DNA of 64,000 nt, taken from assembly GCA_039810425.1 (NCBI GenBank), contig JBDHWW010000012.1:11393-75392 (forward strand), in the 5' to 3' direction. The DNA is from Pseudobdellovibrionaceae bacterium (GTDB lineage: Bacteria; Bdellovibrionota; Bdellovibrionia; Bdellovibrionales; Bdellovibrionaceae). The translations under genes were made by a program, and so were the position numbers. How positions within the stretch are numbered: position 1 is the first letter of the stretch; every line of letters begins with the position of its first letter. The notes below the pieces were generated by a model. It was not told the DNA's origin. It searched no databases and was given only the letters and a program-made list of their open reading frames with translations. Below, in pieces: positions 1-8,602 of the stretch.

Positions 1-34
1 GACCGCGTTCACGATATGTAATCTTATGCGCCAT
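1..34 (-). CDS. possible 5' end of a CDS running off the window (MAHKITYRERG...)
   Basis: ATG at 34 on the minus strand, open to the window edge, downstream of the co-oriented gene; only 11 codons visible. Confidence 0.25.
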   Translation of the reverse strand, partial: MAHKITYRERG

Positions 35-104
35 GCTCACTTTTCGGTAGGGCGCGTTTCCATGTTAACTGGACCGAGGTCCGTGAGGCCTTCTCAGATC
101 AAAA

Positions 105-638
105 CTACAAGCTGCCACCGCCGGATAGAACAACAAAATACTGTGTTTCATCCTTCGGCAGGACGACATTGTTCTGCTCTTCACGAGTTTTAAAATAAGA
201 CAGGTACTTAGCACCGCCACCGACTTTGATGCCACCGAGGGTGAAAATCACGCCGGCCTCCGCCGTGGCGGCATTGTTATCCGCCGATGCCAACCGGACA
301 CCGGGACCTGCAAAAACCTGAAAGCCGAGCGTACGGCTCTCGTTGCTGACATCATAAGCGGCAAGAAGCGCCGAATCCAAACCACTCACGGATTGAATGT
401 TGGAACCAAAGCGACTGAAAACACCGTTTCTCCAGTTGAGCCAATCCGCCAGGTACCAGTTTAAATTCAGTTTGAGTTCCGAATACGCATTGCCGTTTTC
501 CGTTCCTGAGGAAGCACTGATGTCGTAAGTAAACGTCGGATGAGAGTCTGGAATCGATCTCATCGCAGGCATCGAGCGGGCCTGCGCGAAAGAAGTCATA
601 AGAATTAAAACACCTGTCGCCAGAAGAATCCTTCTCAT
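105..638 (-). CDS. hypothetical exported protein, probable small outer-membrane beta-barrel
   Basis: ATG at 638 after GAGGGTGG; signal peptide MRRILLATGVLILMTSFAQA; alternating amphipathic strands with aromatic residues. Confidence 0.65.
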   Translation of the reverse strand: MRRILLATGVLILMTSFAQARSMPAMRSIPDSHPTFTYDISASSGTENGNAYSELKLNLNWYLADWLNWRNGVFSRFGSNIQSVSGLDSALLAAYDVSNESRTLGFQVFAGPGVRLASADNNAATAEAGVIFTLGGIKVGGGAKYLSYFKTREEQNNVVLPKDETQYFVVLSGGGSL

Positions 639-650
639 AGCCACCCTCAC

Positions 651-1307
651 TTAGTTTTTAGGCTGTTGTGGTTTTTGCTGACCGTCTTGCTTCTGCTTGT
701 TTTTATTTTGCTGCTTATTCTGGTTCTGATTTCTATTTTGATTCTGGTTTTGCGGCTTGCTCTGCTGTTGCTTACCTTGTTGTTGCTTCTGACCGTGCTG
801 TCTGTTTTGCTGCTGTTGCTTTTTGTGTTGCTGATGCTGCTTCGGCTGTTGAGGGCGTGGCTCCCCTTCAGCGCGCTCGCCTTGTTGGGAGTCCGGCCTT
901 TGATTCTCTGGCTTATCTTCAGGTTTTTCAGTGAGCAACATCGTATCTTGAACCGCGCGCGATTCGACATGTTTCTGAGTGCGGAAACCCCGGACTTTTT
1001 TGCTTTGATTTTCCTGGCGCTCAATTTGCTCGGTCAAATCCACAGTGATGTTGCCGAAGCAACGAACTTGGCAAGAAAGACGCCGGCTATCAATACGCCA
1101 ATTCGTACCAATCAGGCCAAGTTCCGTCTTATTAGGCGGAAGTACGTTGTTTTCGCCTTCAACGATGCGTACGCGGCACTCCGCGCAGCTCGGAACCCCC
1201 TTACAGATGGATTTGATCTCGATCTGGTTTTCCGTCGCGATCTGCAACAAACTCTTCTCGGGAGTCACATCCACTTCAATATTTTGCGGGACAAATTTAA
1301 CTTTCAT
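651..1307 (-). CDS. 2Fe-2S ferredoxin-domain protein with Q/N/K-rich C-terminal tail
   Basis: C-x5-C-x2-C (CKGVPSCAEC) and RLSCQ motifs; low-complexity tail. Confidence 0.85.
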   Translation of the reverse strand: MKVKFVPQNIEVDVTPEKSLLQIATENQIEIKSICKGVPSCAECRVRIVEGENNVLPPNKTELGLIGTNWRIDSRRLSCQVRCFGNITVDLTEQIERQENQSKKVRGFRTQKHVESRAVQDTMLLTEKPEDKPENQRPDSQQGERAEGEPRPQQPKQHQQHKKQQQQNRQHGQKQQQGKQQQSKPQNQNQNRNQNQNKQQNKNKQKQDGQQKPQQPKN

Positions 1308-1365
1308 TACTTCACCATACTACTTCAGTTCCGAGCCGGAGGCATTCCACCCGGCGGTCTCTGAC

Positions 1366-2589
1366 CTACTTCACCACAAACTTAATGAATTTCTTTTTAC
1401 CGGCTTTCAAAACAAAGCTCTCGCCGGTCTTCAAGTCCCAGCGCGCTTTCGCGTCGGCCAGTTTCACGCCATCACGTTGAACACCGCCTCCCGAGATCAA
1501 TCTTCCGGCCTCGCCATTGCTGGCCGCCATCCCCGCCTTCACCATCAGCGCGGCAATGCCCACTTGGTTTTCAGCAAAGACTTCAAATACCGGAACCTCA
1601 TCCGGCAAACCTTTATCGACAAAAATACGATTGAACTCCTCTTCCGCTTGCTCCGCGGCTGTCTCTGAGTGGAAACGCTTGATCAAAAATTTCGCCAAAG
1701 CCACTTTCACATCACGAGGGTGCTTGCGTTTTTCAGCAACATCCGTACGCAGCTGCGACAGTGCCGGAGCGGTAATATCCGTCAGCAATTGATACCAACG
1801 GTACATCAAATCGTCCGAGATTCTCATCGTCTTCCCGAACATGTCTTTCGGCGTATCGATCACCGAAATATAATTATCCAAGCTCTTCGACATTTTGTTC
1901 ACGCCGTCAATCCCTTCAAGAATCGGCATCGTGAGGACACACTGTGGTTCCTGGCCATAAGCACTTTGCAAGTCGCGACCCACAAGCAGATTGAACTTCT
2001 GATCCGTCCCGCCGAGCTCCACGTCTGTTTTCAAAGCCACGGAGTCGTAGCCTTGCGTCAGTGGATACAAGAACTCGTGCAAAGCAATCGGGCTGCCTGA
2101 TTTATAACGGTTCGTGAAATCATCACGCTCCAGCATGCGAGCCACGGTATACTTTGAAGCCAGCCGAATCAAGTCGGCGAAGTTCAGCTGACTGCACCAA
2201 TGAGAGTTAAAAACAATCTCAGTTTTCTCAGGATCGAGAATCTTAAAAATCTGTTTTTTGTAAGTGACCGCGTTGGCTTCAATCTCTTGCGGGGTCAACA
2301 TCGGACGAGTCGTATTCTTTCCGGACGGATCCCCGATCAACGCCGTGAAATCCCCGATCAGAAATTGAATGTGATGGCCCAAATCTTGGAAAGTCTTCAG
2401 TTTATTAATCACAACCGTGTGACCGATATGAATATCAGGACGTGTCGGATCCGCCCCGAGTTTGATTCTCAGAGGTTGATTCTTTTCTTTACTGCGCTTG
2501 AGTTTTTTCAGCATGTCTTCATCGCTGATGAATTCAGCCACGCCGAATTTGATTCTCTCAAGCTGTTCCCGAGGATCCATGAAAGACAT
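1366..2589 (-). CDS. tyrS: tyrosine--tRNA ligase
   Basis: GADPT...[17 protein letters not shown] motifs, C-terminal S4 domain. Confidence 0.97.
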   Translation of the reverse strand: MSFMDPREQLERIKFGVAEFISDEDMLKKLKRSKEKNQPLRIKLGADPTRPDIHIGHTVVINKLKTFQDLGHHIQFLIGDFTALIGDPSGKNTTRPMLTPQEIEANAVTYKKQIFKILDPEKTEIVFNSHWCSQLNFADLIRLASKYTVARMLERDDFTNRYKSGSPIALHEFLYPLTQGYDSVALKTDVELGGTDQKFNLLVGRDLQSAYGQEPQCVLTMPILEGIDGVNKMSKSLDNYISVIDTPKDMFGKTMRISDDLMYRWYQLLTDITAPALSQLRTDVAEKRKHPRDVKVALAKFLIKRFHSETAAEQAEEEFNRIFVDKGLPDEVPVFEVFAENQVGIAALMVKAGMAASNGEAGRLISGGGVQRDGVKLADAKARWDLKTGESFVLKAGKKKFIKFVVK

Positions 2590-2594
2590 GCTAT

Positions 2595-4160
2595 CTACCT
2601 CGCGTGTTCAACAGTGCGGCTCTCGCGAACCACGGTGACTTTAACTTGCCCAGCTTGTGGCATTTCACGCTCGATCTTACGAGCGATATCCCGTGCCAGC
2701 ATTGTTGACTGATCGTCGGTCACTTTACCGCTCTCAACCATCACACGCACCTCACGGCCGGCTTGCAATGCGAACGTTTTTAAAACGCCGTCAAAGCTGT
2801 TGCCGATGCTCTCAAGATCTTCCAAGCGATGGATGTAAGCATCCATGTGCGGACGACGCGCGCCCGGACGAGAAGCGGACAGGATATTTGCCGCATGGAT
2901 GATCCACGCCAAAGCGGATGTTGGTTTTTCATCGTCTTGGTGGGCACGGATGGCGTGGCAGATCTCTTCGGATTCGCCATATTTTTTTGCCCACTCGGCG
3001 CCAACCAAGGCATAGCTGCCTTCAGCGGTGTGCTCAATCGCGCGGCCGATTTCATGCAAGATCCCCGCCCGGCGGGCTTGCTTTACGTTCATACCCATTT
3101 CGCCAGCCAAGAGGCCCGCGATGTAAGCCACTTCCAAAGAATGATTCAATACATTCTGCGCGTGGGTTGAACGGTACTTCAGGCTACCGATGAGTTTTAC
3201 CAACTCAGGGTGGATGTTCGGAATACCGAGCTCCACAACGACACGTTCGCCTTCTTCCTTAATAGATTTAGTGATTTCGTTCTTTTGTTTTTCGACGACT
3301 TCCTCAATACGAGCTGGATGAACACGACCATCCTCCATGAGCTTTTCAATCGTGCGCTTCGCCAGTTCACGGCGAACCGGGTCGAAGCCGGAAATAACCA
3401 CGGCCTCTGGAGTGTCATCCACGATCAAATCCACGCCGCACATTGCTTCCAACGTACGGATATTACGGCCTTCACGGCCTATGATTTTACCTTTCATCTC
3501 ATCGCTTGGCAGAGCTAACACACTGACCGTTCTTTCAGACGTATACTCGGAAGCAAATCGAGACAATGCCGTGCTGATAATGCGACGAGCTTTTTTGTCG
3601 GCCTCTTTTTGCGCTTCTTCTTCGATCGCGGAAATTTTCTTGGAAGCTTCCACTTTCGCCTCATCTTCAAGGGCCGTGACCAATTGGCGGCGAGCCTCTT
3701 CCGCTGTCATTGCCGCGATAGACTCCAATTTCAACTTCATTTCACCAATGTGGGTTTCCGCTTTTTTCTCGAGGTCTTTAATGCGTGTTTCAGTGATCGC
3801 GACTTTTTCTTCGCGGTCTTTCAACTGACCGACAAAACGGTCGTTCTCTTCCAGCTTCACTTTGAACTGATCGTCGACCTCTTTAAGACGACGCTCCAAC
3901 TGAGCCTCTTTATTCTTCATCTGCGCTTTTTGCTTGTGAATATCAGCCTCGACGTTTTTACGCGCTCGGGCTTCGAAATCCTTCGCCTTATTTTCAGAAT
4001 CTTTCTTCACTTTCGCCGCTTCAGACTTCGCCTTGTTGATGATGCGGTCTGATTCAGCACGCGCTGACTTCTTTTGGGATTCATCTTGAATTCGTTTTAC
4101 AACGAAGACAAGAACGCCCCCGATAGCCAACCCAAGAATCGATGCGATAACAACTTCCAT
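2595..4160 (-). CDS. rny: ribonuclease Y family protein (HD motif degenerate)
   Basis: N-terminal TM, coiled coil, KH domain ([13 protein letters not shown]), HD-like domain, C-terminal [10 protein letters not shown]. Confidence 0.93.
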   Translation of the reverse strand: MEVVIASILGLAIGGVLVFVVKRIQDESQKKSARAESDRIINKAKSEAAKVKKDSENKAKDFEARARKNVEADIHKQKAQMKNKEAQLERRLKEVDDQFKVKLEENDRFVGQLKDREEKVAITETRIKDLEKKAETHIGEMKLKLESIAAMTAEEARRQLVTALEDEAKVEASKKISAIEEEAQKEADKKARRIISTALSRFASEYTSERTVSVLALPSDEMKGKIIGREGRNIRTLEAMCGVDLIVDDTPEAVVISGFDPVRRELAKRTIEKLMEDGRVHPARIEEVVEKQKNEITKSIKEEGERVVVELGIPNIHPELVKLIGSLKYRSTHAQNVLNHSLEVAYIAGLLAGEMGMNVKQARRAGILHEIGRAIEHTAEGSYALVGAEWAKKYGESEEICHAIRAHQDDEKPTSALAWIIHAANILSASRPGARRPHMDAYIHRLEDLESIGNSFDGVLKTFALQAGREVRVMVESGKVTDDQSTMLARDIARKIEREMPQAGQVKVTVVRESRTVEHAR

Positions 4161-4174
4161 AACCGGACTCCTAC

Positions 4175-4744
4175 CTACTTACACTGAATAATTTCGTTTT
4201 CGGTGACAACAAAGTCGACGTTAATGTCGTGCTCTTCCACCGGAAAGTTCTCAGCAAGGACCTGGCAGCCAAAACAGATGCCAACCTTGGGACCTTTGTA
4301 ATCAGCCAGGGCTTTGTCATAAAACCCACGGCCTCTACCTAAACGATTGCCTTTTTTATTAAATCCTAAACCCGGAACTAAAACTCCGGTGAGCTTCTCG
4401 AGATCCAACTTACGGGAATCCTCGAAGGGCTCCATCACCCCAAACGGGCCTTTGATGAAATTTTGCGAGACATAAAAGGTCAAGTGACCGGCTTCCATGC
4501 GCGGAAAAGCCCATTCGATTTTTTCGGAATGATGAAACACCGGACTCAAATCCGGTTCCTGGGGAAGGGCATTATAACCCGCCCAAGTGCCCTGTCTTTG
4601 ACTGATGAATTCTGTGAGATTTTCACAGAGCTGCTGCTGGATTTGCACGGACGAATGCGGGGACTCTTTTTGCAAAAGAGCCTTCAGGTGGTCACGCCAT
4701 TGACGTTTACCCCACGCTTGCATTTTATCTATACGCAAACTCAT
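4175..4744 (-). CDS. 5-formyltetrahydrofolate cyclo-ligase
   Basis: VPGLGF...RLGRGRGFYD and EEHD motifs; lies between zapA and rny. Confidence 0.93.
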   Translation of the reverse strand: MSLRIDKMQAWGKRQWRDHLKALLQKESPHSSVQIQQQLCENLTEFISQRQGTWAGYNALPQEPDLSPVFHHSEKIEWAFPRMEAGHLTFYVSQNFIKGPFGVMEPFEDSRKLDLEKLTGVLVPGLGFNKKGNRLGRGRGFYDKALADYKGPKVGICFGCQVLAENFPVEEHDINVDFVVTENEIIQCK

Positions 4745-4780
4745 CCCAGCCTCAAAACGAAAACAGAAATTTAAAGTTAA

Positions 4781-5083
4781 CTAAACTGTTCTGTTGAGCT
4801 TGGAATTTTCTAGATCGATAGAGAGTTTAAGTGCCTTTTCTTCTATTTTCTCAAGCTCGCGGTGAGCTTTTCTTTTGAGAAGAATTAGTTCCTCAGCCAC
4901 ATTAAGAGCTGTTAGAACCGCTGCATTTTGAAAAGAACCGTACTTCGTCACCGACAAAGCTTGGTCCATTTTATTGTTCACAAATTCGACGAGTTCCTGA
5001 ACAGTCGCATCATCATGGGAAGTTTTTAACTTATATGGGACTCCCGCAATAAGGAAGTCGTAGGTTTTTTTCTCAGATGCCAC
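4781..5083 (-). CDS. zapA: cell division protein ZapA
   Basis: IAGVPY N-terminus, AAVLTALNVAEEL motif, C-terminal coiled coil, 100 aa. Confidence 0.88.
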   Translation of the reverse strand: MASEKKTYDFLIAGVPYKLKTSHDDATVQELVEFVNNKMDQALSVTKYGSFQNAAVLTALNVAEELILLKRKAHRELEKIEEKALKLSIDLENSKLNRTV

Positions 5084-5256
5084 TCGGACCTCGTGGGCCG
5101 TTCTTGGCCCTCACAAATCTTAAACTAAATCTTTAAACCGTCTGTCTTAATACTTTGTAAGTATCCTCAAGGGTTCTAGAAAATCCTTTTCAACAGTACT
5201 TAAAAATTATAACTGACTTCACAGACTTAGCAACTTTTGTTTGTCAGATAGCTGCG

Positions 5257-5853
5257 TTATTTTTGAAAACAGGTGCAAACCGTGCCCAAGCCATTCTTCT
5301 CTTCGCAGAAAAGACGCTGATGGGCCTTTTCATCATTAAACTCCAGCTCGAAAATCTTTTGAAAAGCGCGTTTAAAACTCAATGTCTGTCCATTAAGCTT
5401 GGTGTCATAGTAGGAGCGCTCATCCTCGACCACGTCTTGATTGAGAAAATACTGATCGAGGTCCTTCTGACTCGGATCCATGCGCTGAGCGGCAGGGATG
5501 ATGATGGGCGTCCCCACTCCCTTGGCATCGAGGCTTTCAATGCTCAGGAGATAGCTGGCCTTGCCATTTTTCACCGGTTTTGCTGAAAGTTTGAGCCGCT
5601 TCTGCTGTCCCGTGGAATCTTTGAGCAGCACTTGGCGGTAGCGAAGGAGTGACTGCGACGTGACATAGCTCTTATCAACATCGTCCTTCAAAACGTTCAA
5701 GTCGACTTTGAGGGATTGAGCTTCATTTTTTAAACCGGGAAAGCATTTAATCACGTTGGTATAGGAAACAGAAATAGGTTTTTCCTTGGCTTCAGCCTCT
5801 GAAAAAACACCTAAAGTGATTACACACGCCGTAGATAAAAATGCCTTTAGCAA
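5257..5853 (-). CDS. hypothetical secreted protein
   Basis: probable TTG start at 5853 after GGGGG; signal peptide ending AEA; C-terminal Cys residues. Confidence 0.6.
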   Translation of the reverse strand: MLKAFLSTACVITLGVFSEAEAKEKPISVSYTNVIKCFPGLKNEAQSLKVDLNVLKDDVDKSYVTSQSLLRYRQVLLKDSTGQQKRLKLSAKPVKNGKASYLLSIESLDAKGVGTPIIIPAAQRMDPSQKDLDQYFLNQDVVEDERSYYDTKLNGQTLSFKRAFQKIFELEFNDEKAHQRLFCEEKNGLGTVCTCFQK

Positions 5854-5896
5854 ATAGCCCCCAAGAGGCCCAATCAAAGGCCCCTTCAGAATGCTA

Positions 5897-7645
5897 TTAA
5901 TATTTACTGAGGAATGCAATCACGTCCAAATCTTGGCCGTTCGCCACCCCGGCCCCCCCCGGCATTGGCCCAGTCAGTTGATCCAAAGTGTATCCCGTGA
6001 AGGCATCGGTGTTACGGTCATGCTGGAAGCGCAGCCATTTTTCGCGATCATACCATTGCTTCTTGGTATCGTCGTCACGACAAGTTGCAAGCTCATTGCC
6101 TTGAGCGCCCCAACGAAGTTCCGGGCAGTGATACGGATCAAAACTCAATCCATAGATCCTGGCACGCGCTTTTTCCAAGTTGATGGTAACACCTTGGCCG
6201 ACGCTGTTTTTGTAAGTGATTTGGCAAGCAGTCGCCGTTTGCTTATATGCATTCAACATATCTGCCGCGATATTTTTGCCATCATATCCAACTTTTCCAT
6301 CACGAGCTTTATAGTGACGAATCGCCTCTTGCACATAGGTGCGGAGCTCTTGGAAGGCCACTTTTAAACGTGCGTCACGAGCTGGGGTTGCGTAAGTTTC
6401 CCACTCACCGTCGGCACCGTAAATATTGTTCGGAAGCGCATAGGGATGTTCTTTTTGATTGATACCGGCTGAAATTGCCACTTGCACTGCATCGGCGCGC
6501 TCTTGCATTCCGTTACACAACTCGGTTGTCATGACTTTGACATCATCAATGGGGTTTTCTACGAGCGGCCCGTCAGCCAAACGGTTACGAACCCAATCGT
6601 AATAATCCATCTGCTGACCTTGAAACGCAAAGCCTGCTTGACGCCAATCCTGGCTTGCCGTCGTTCCGAAGTATTGTTCGGTGCTGTACATGGGAAGATC
6701 GCGGTCTTTGGCGCCAACGATTTTACCGCCGACATATCCAACACTCGCATTCCACACCGCGCCTGTCAGACGCAGAGGACGCCAATTTTTAAAACCCGCC
6801 CCTTGCCCCGGGTAAGAACGGATAAAGCGAGAGTTGTACAAACCTGAAGTCAGACTGTTATCCGGATGCGCATCGATATAATAAATGCGCCCGTCCTTTG
6901 TCACTTTGTAGACCGTCACCACGTGACCGTTGGGATCATAGATCACCGTGCCCGGGCGAACGGCGTCGCGCGTGATACGCACGGGATAAAAATCTGAAAA
7001 AAGTTTATCCGCATCCATCCCCGAATAGCTCACGCGGAAATTCGCCGAAGAGACTTCGTCCGGCAAAGTCCCATTGAAAATCTCTAGGGCGTTTGTCACT
7101 CTCGGGCTGCCGAAGCGGGCCGGCTCGGTGAGCACCGCAAAGCGGGAACGAACTGTATTTCCATATGGAGAGTAGCGAATGTCTTTAACCACATCTCCCG
7201 GTCCTTGAATCGGACTCACACTGCTGACGAAGCTAAATGGCAGCTGATTTTTCCAAGCATAGTAGGCGCGCAAGAAGTACGGAAAATCCGCGCAGTCTGA
7301 ATAGAATTTCAGATAGGCCACATCCGATTGCGCATAGGGATTTACTTGAGGATTACGGAAGCAACTCGACACCGTCGCACAGAGACCGCGGGAAACTCCC
7401 TCTCCCACCATGGAGATATAGCGGATGTAGTTTTGCTCCTCTGCAACCCCCCACTCGGTCTTGGTCAGGGGCCAGGGTTCTGAGACCGCTAAAAGCTCGG
7501 CATCAAAAGGTCTCACGGCATCGCGTGAATATCCCTCTTGGGCGTAGCCATCGAAGGCGATGAGCAACGTTAATACGATGAATATAAAAAAGAAGCTGAG
7601 ATTGCGGTCTTTGCCGCCGCGAATAGTGGTGCCTCGATTTGTCAC
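5897..7645 (-). CDS. secreted protein with putative papain-like (NlpC/P60-superfamily) Cys-His catalytic domain
   Basis: GTG start at 7645 after GGAGGG; signal peptide; DCADF and PGTVIYDPNGHV...YIDAH motifs. Confidence 0.6.
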   Translation of the reverse strand: MTNRGTTIRGGKDRNLSFFFIFIVLTLLIAFDGYAQEGYSRDAVRPFDAELLAVSEPWPLTKTEWGVAEEQNYIRYISMVGEGVSRGLCATVSSCFRNPQVNPYAQSDVAYLKFYSDCADFPYFLRAYYAWKNQLPFSFVSSVSPIQGPGDVVKDIRYSPYGNTVRSRFAVLTEPARFGSPRVTNALEIFNGTLPDEVSSANFRVSYSGMDADKLFSDFYPVRITRDAVRPGTVIYDPNGHVVTVYKVTKDGRIYYIDAHPDNSLTSGLYNSRFIRSYPGQGAGFKNWRPLRLTGAVWNASVGYVGGKIVGAKDRDLPMYSTEQYFGTTASQDWRQAGFAFQGQQMDYYDWVRNRLADGPLVENPIDDVKVMTTELCNGMQERADAVQVAISAGINQKEHPYALPNNIYGADGEWETYATPARDARLKVAFQELRTYVQEAIRHYKARDGKVGYDGKNIAADMLNAYKQTATACQITYKNSVGQGVTINLEKARARIYGLSFDPYHCPELRWGAQGNELATCRDDDTKKQWYDREKWLRFQHDRNTDAFTGYTLDQLTGPMPGGAGVANGQDLDVIAFLSKY

Positions 7646-7826
7646 TGTGCCCTCCAGAGCTATCAATATTTTTGACAGGTCAGAAAGACTTACAGGATGT
7701 CTTTTACCAGGGTTCACTATAATGCGGAAGAAACTGTCACACTTATTGCTTTAAAGGCTGGCAGTTGAATTTTCAAAGTGATTTTTGCCCTGTGGTGTTC
7801 GACCCCCCTTGGACCCACGGAGCACC

Positions 7827-7861
7827 AAAACGGAGCGCCAAAACGCTCCGTTTTCTTTTTT
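7827..7861 (+). terminator. intrinsic terminator-like hairpin
   Basis: AAAACGGAGCG-CCAAAA-CGCTCCGTTTT followed by CTTTTTT. Confidence 0.6.
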
Positions 7862-7977
7862 GTCCCGTCCGCATCTTCGGAGTGAGCCCTGCAATTGAAT
7901 TTATCCGACCGGCCATTGACTCATCCGGACGCCACTGTCGCTTCAATCTCTTTTAAAAAATCATAGCTTGCAAACAG

Positions 7978-8003
7978 AAAAAGCGGCCCTAGAAGCCGCT
8001 TTT
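7978..8003 (-). terminator. intrinsic terminator (possibly bidirectional)
   Basis: AAAAAGCGGC...GCCGCTTTT; extra G-U pairs and a T5 tail on the minus strand. Confidence 0.65.
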
Positions 8004-8040
8004 AAGGATGAGAGACTCCCTTTTCGCGAAGGAGACTCTT

Positions 8041-8139
8041 ATGAATCGAAATACCAAGCATATTTCTTTTCGGCTATTTAATAAAAAACTGCAGGTCCTG
8101 CTCTTAATTTTGTTATTGCTGTTGAGCTGCTGCAGTTAG
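8041..8139 (+). CDS. small hydrophobic peptide (32 aa, MNRNTKHISFRLFNKKLQVLLLILLLLLSCCS); candidate type I toxin or membrane micro-protein
   Basis: AAGGAG SD at 8029-8034, ATG 8041, TAG 8137-8139; basic N-region plus Leu-rich helix; too short for the ORF track. Confidence 0.45.
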   Translation: MNRNTKHISFRLFNKKLQVLLLILLLLLSCCS

Positions 8140-8247
8140 ATTTTAGATGGATCCTAAACGGGCTTAGTTTAGAACTATAGTCCTGGTAAGTGGGCAACCA
8201 GGCTTTAAACTTGGAGTGCGATGCAATGACGAAGCTTCTGGGGCCAC

Positions 8248-8589
8248 CTATATTTGCACAGGTAGCAAAAAGGTTCCATCGTTCTGAACAGGAAAATCTA
8301 CGACCCCAACAACTGCATCTAAATTTAACGGTCCATAGATATGCGGATAGTCTTCATTGAGATTGTAGAGGTCTTCGTATTTCACAAGGTGATCTAATTT
8401 ACTTTCATCAATTACTAAAAGAACGAGACCCTGCTTGCCTTTAAAATTGTAGTTAGCCACTTCCACGACCTGCTCGCCTAGTGAACAATGAATAAAGCCG
8501 TCTTTTTTCAAAGAAGGAGCCGTATAGACTCCTTCCGCCTGCGCCTTCTTCCAATCACTAACCGATGTTATGTGAAGAATCTTTCCCAC
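8248..8589 (-). CDS. DUF952 domain protein
   Basis: ILHI...SL..DGFIHCS...YPHIYGPLNLDAV motifs; GTG start after GAGG. Confidence 0.88.
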   Translation of the reverse strand: MGKILHITSVSDWKKAQAEGVYTAPSLKKDGFIHCSLGEQVVEVANYNFKGKQGLVLLVIDESKLDHLVKYEDLYNLNEDYPHIYGPLNLDAVVGVVDFPVQNDGTFLLPVQI

Positions 8590-8602
8590 GACATTCCTCA
8601 AA

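Noticed and set aside
666..1364. 232-aa very Leu-rich plus-strand ORF resembling a membrane protein
   Set aside because: Antisense shadow of the Q/N/K codons of the ferredoxin tail (CAA/CAG/AAA read as TTG/CTG/TTT)
7791..7827. tRNA-like GTTCGA...CACCA fragment
   Set aside because: T-stem does not pair and spacing to CCA is wrong; no cloverleaf
7718..8247. SRP RNA, tmRNA or canonical 6S RNA near ftsY
   Set aside because: No SRP domain IV motif (CAGG..GRAA..AGCAG) or tmRNA termini; the end-paired structure is multi-branched rather than a 6S rod with a central bubble (not excluded without Infernal)
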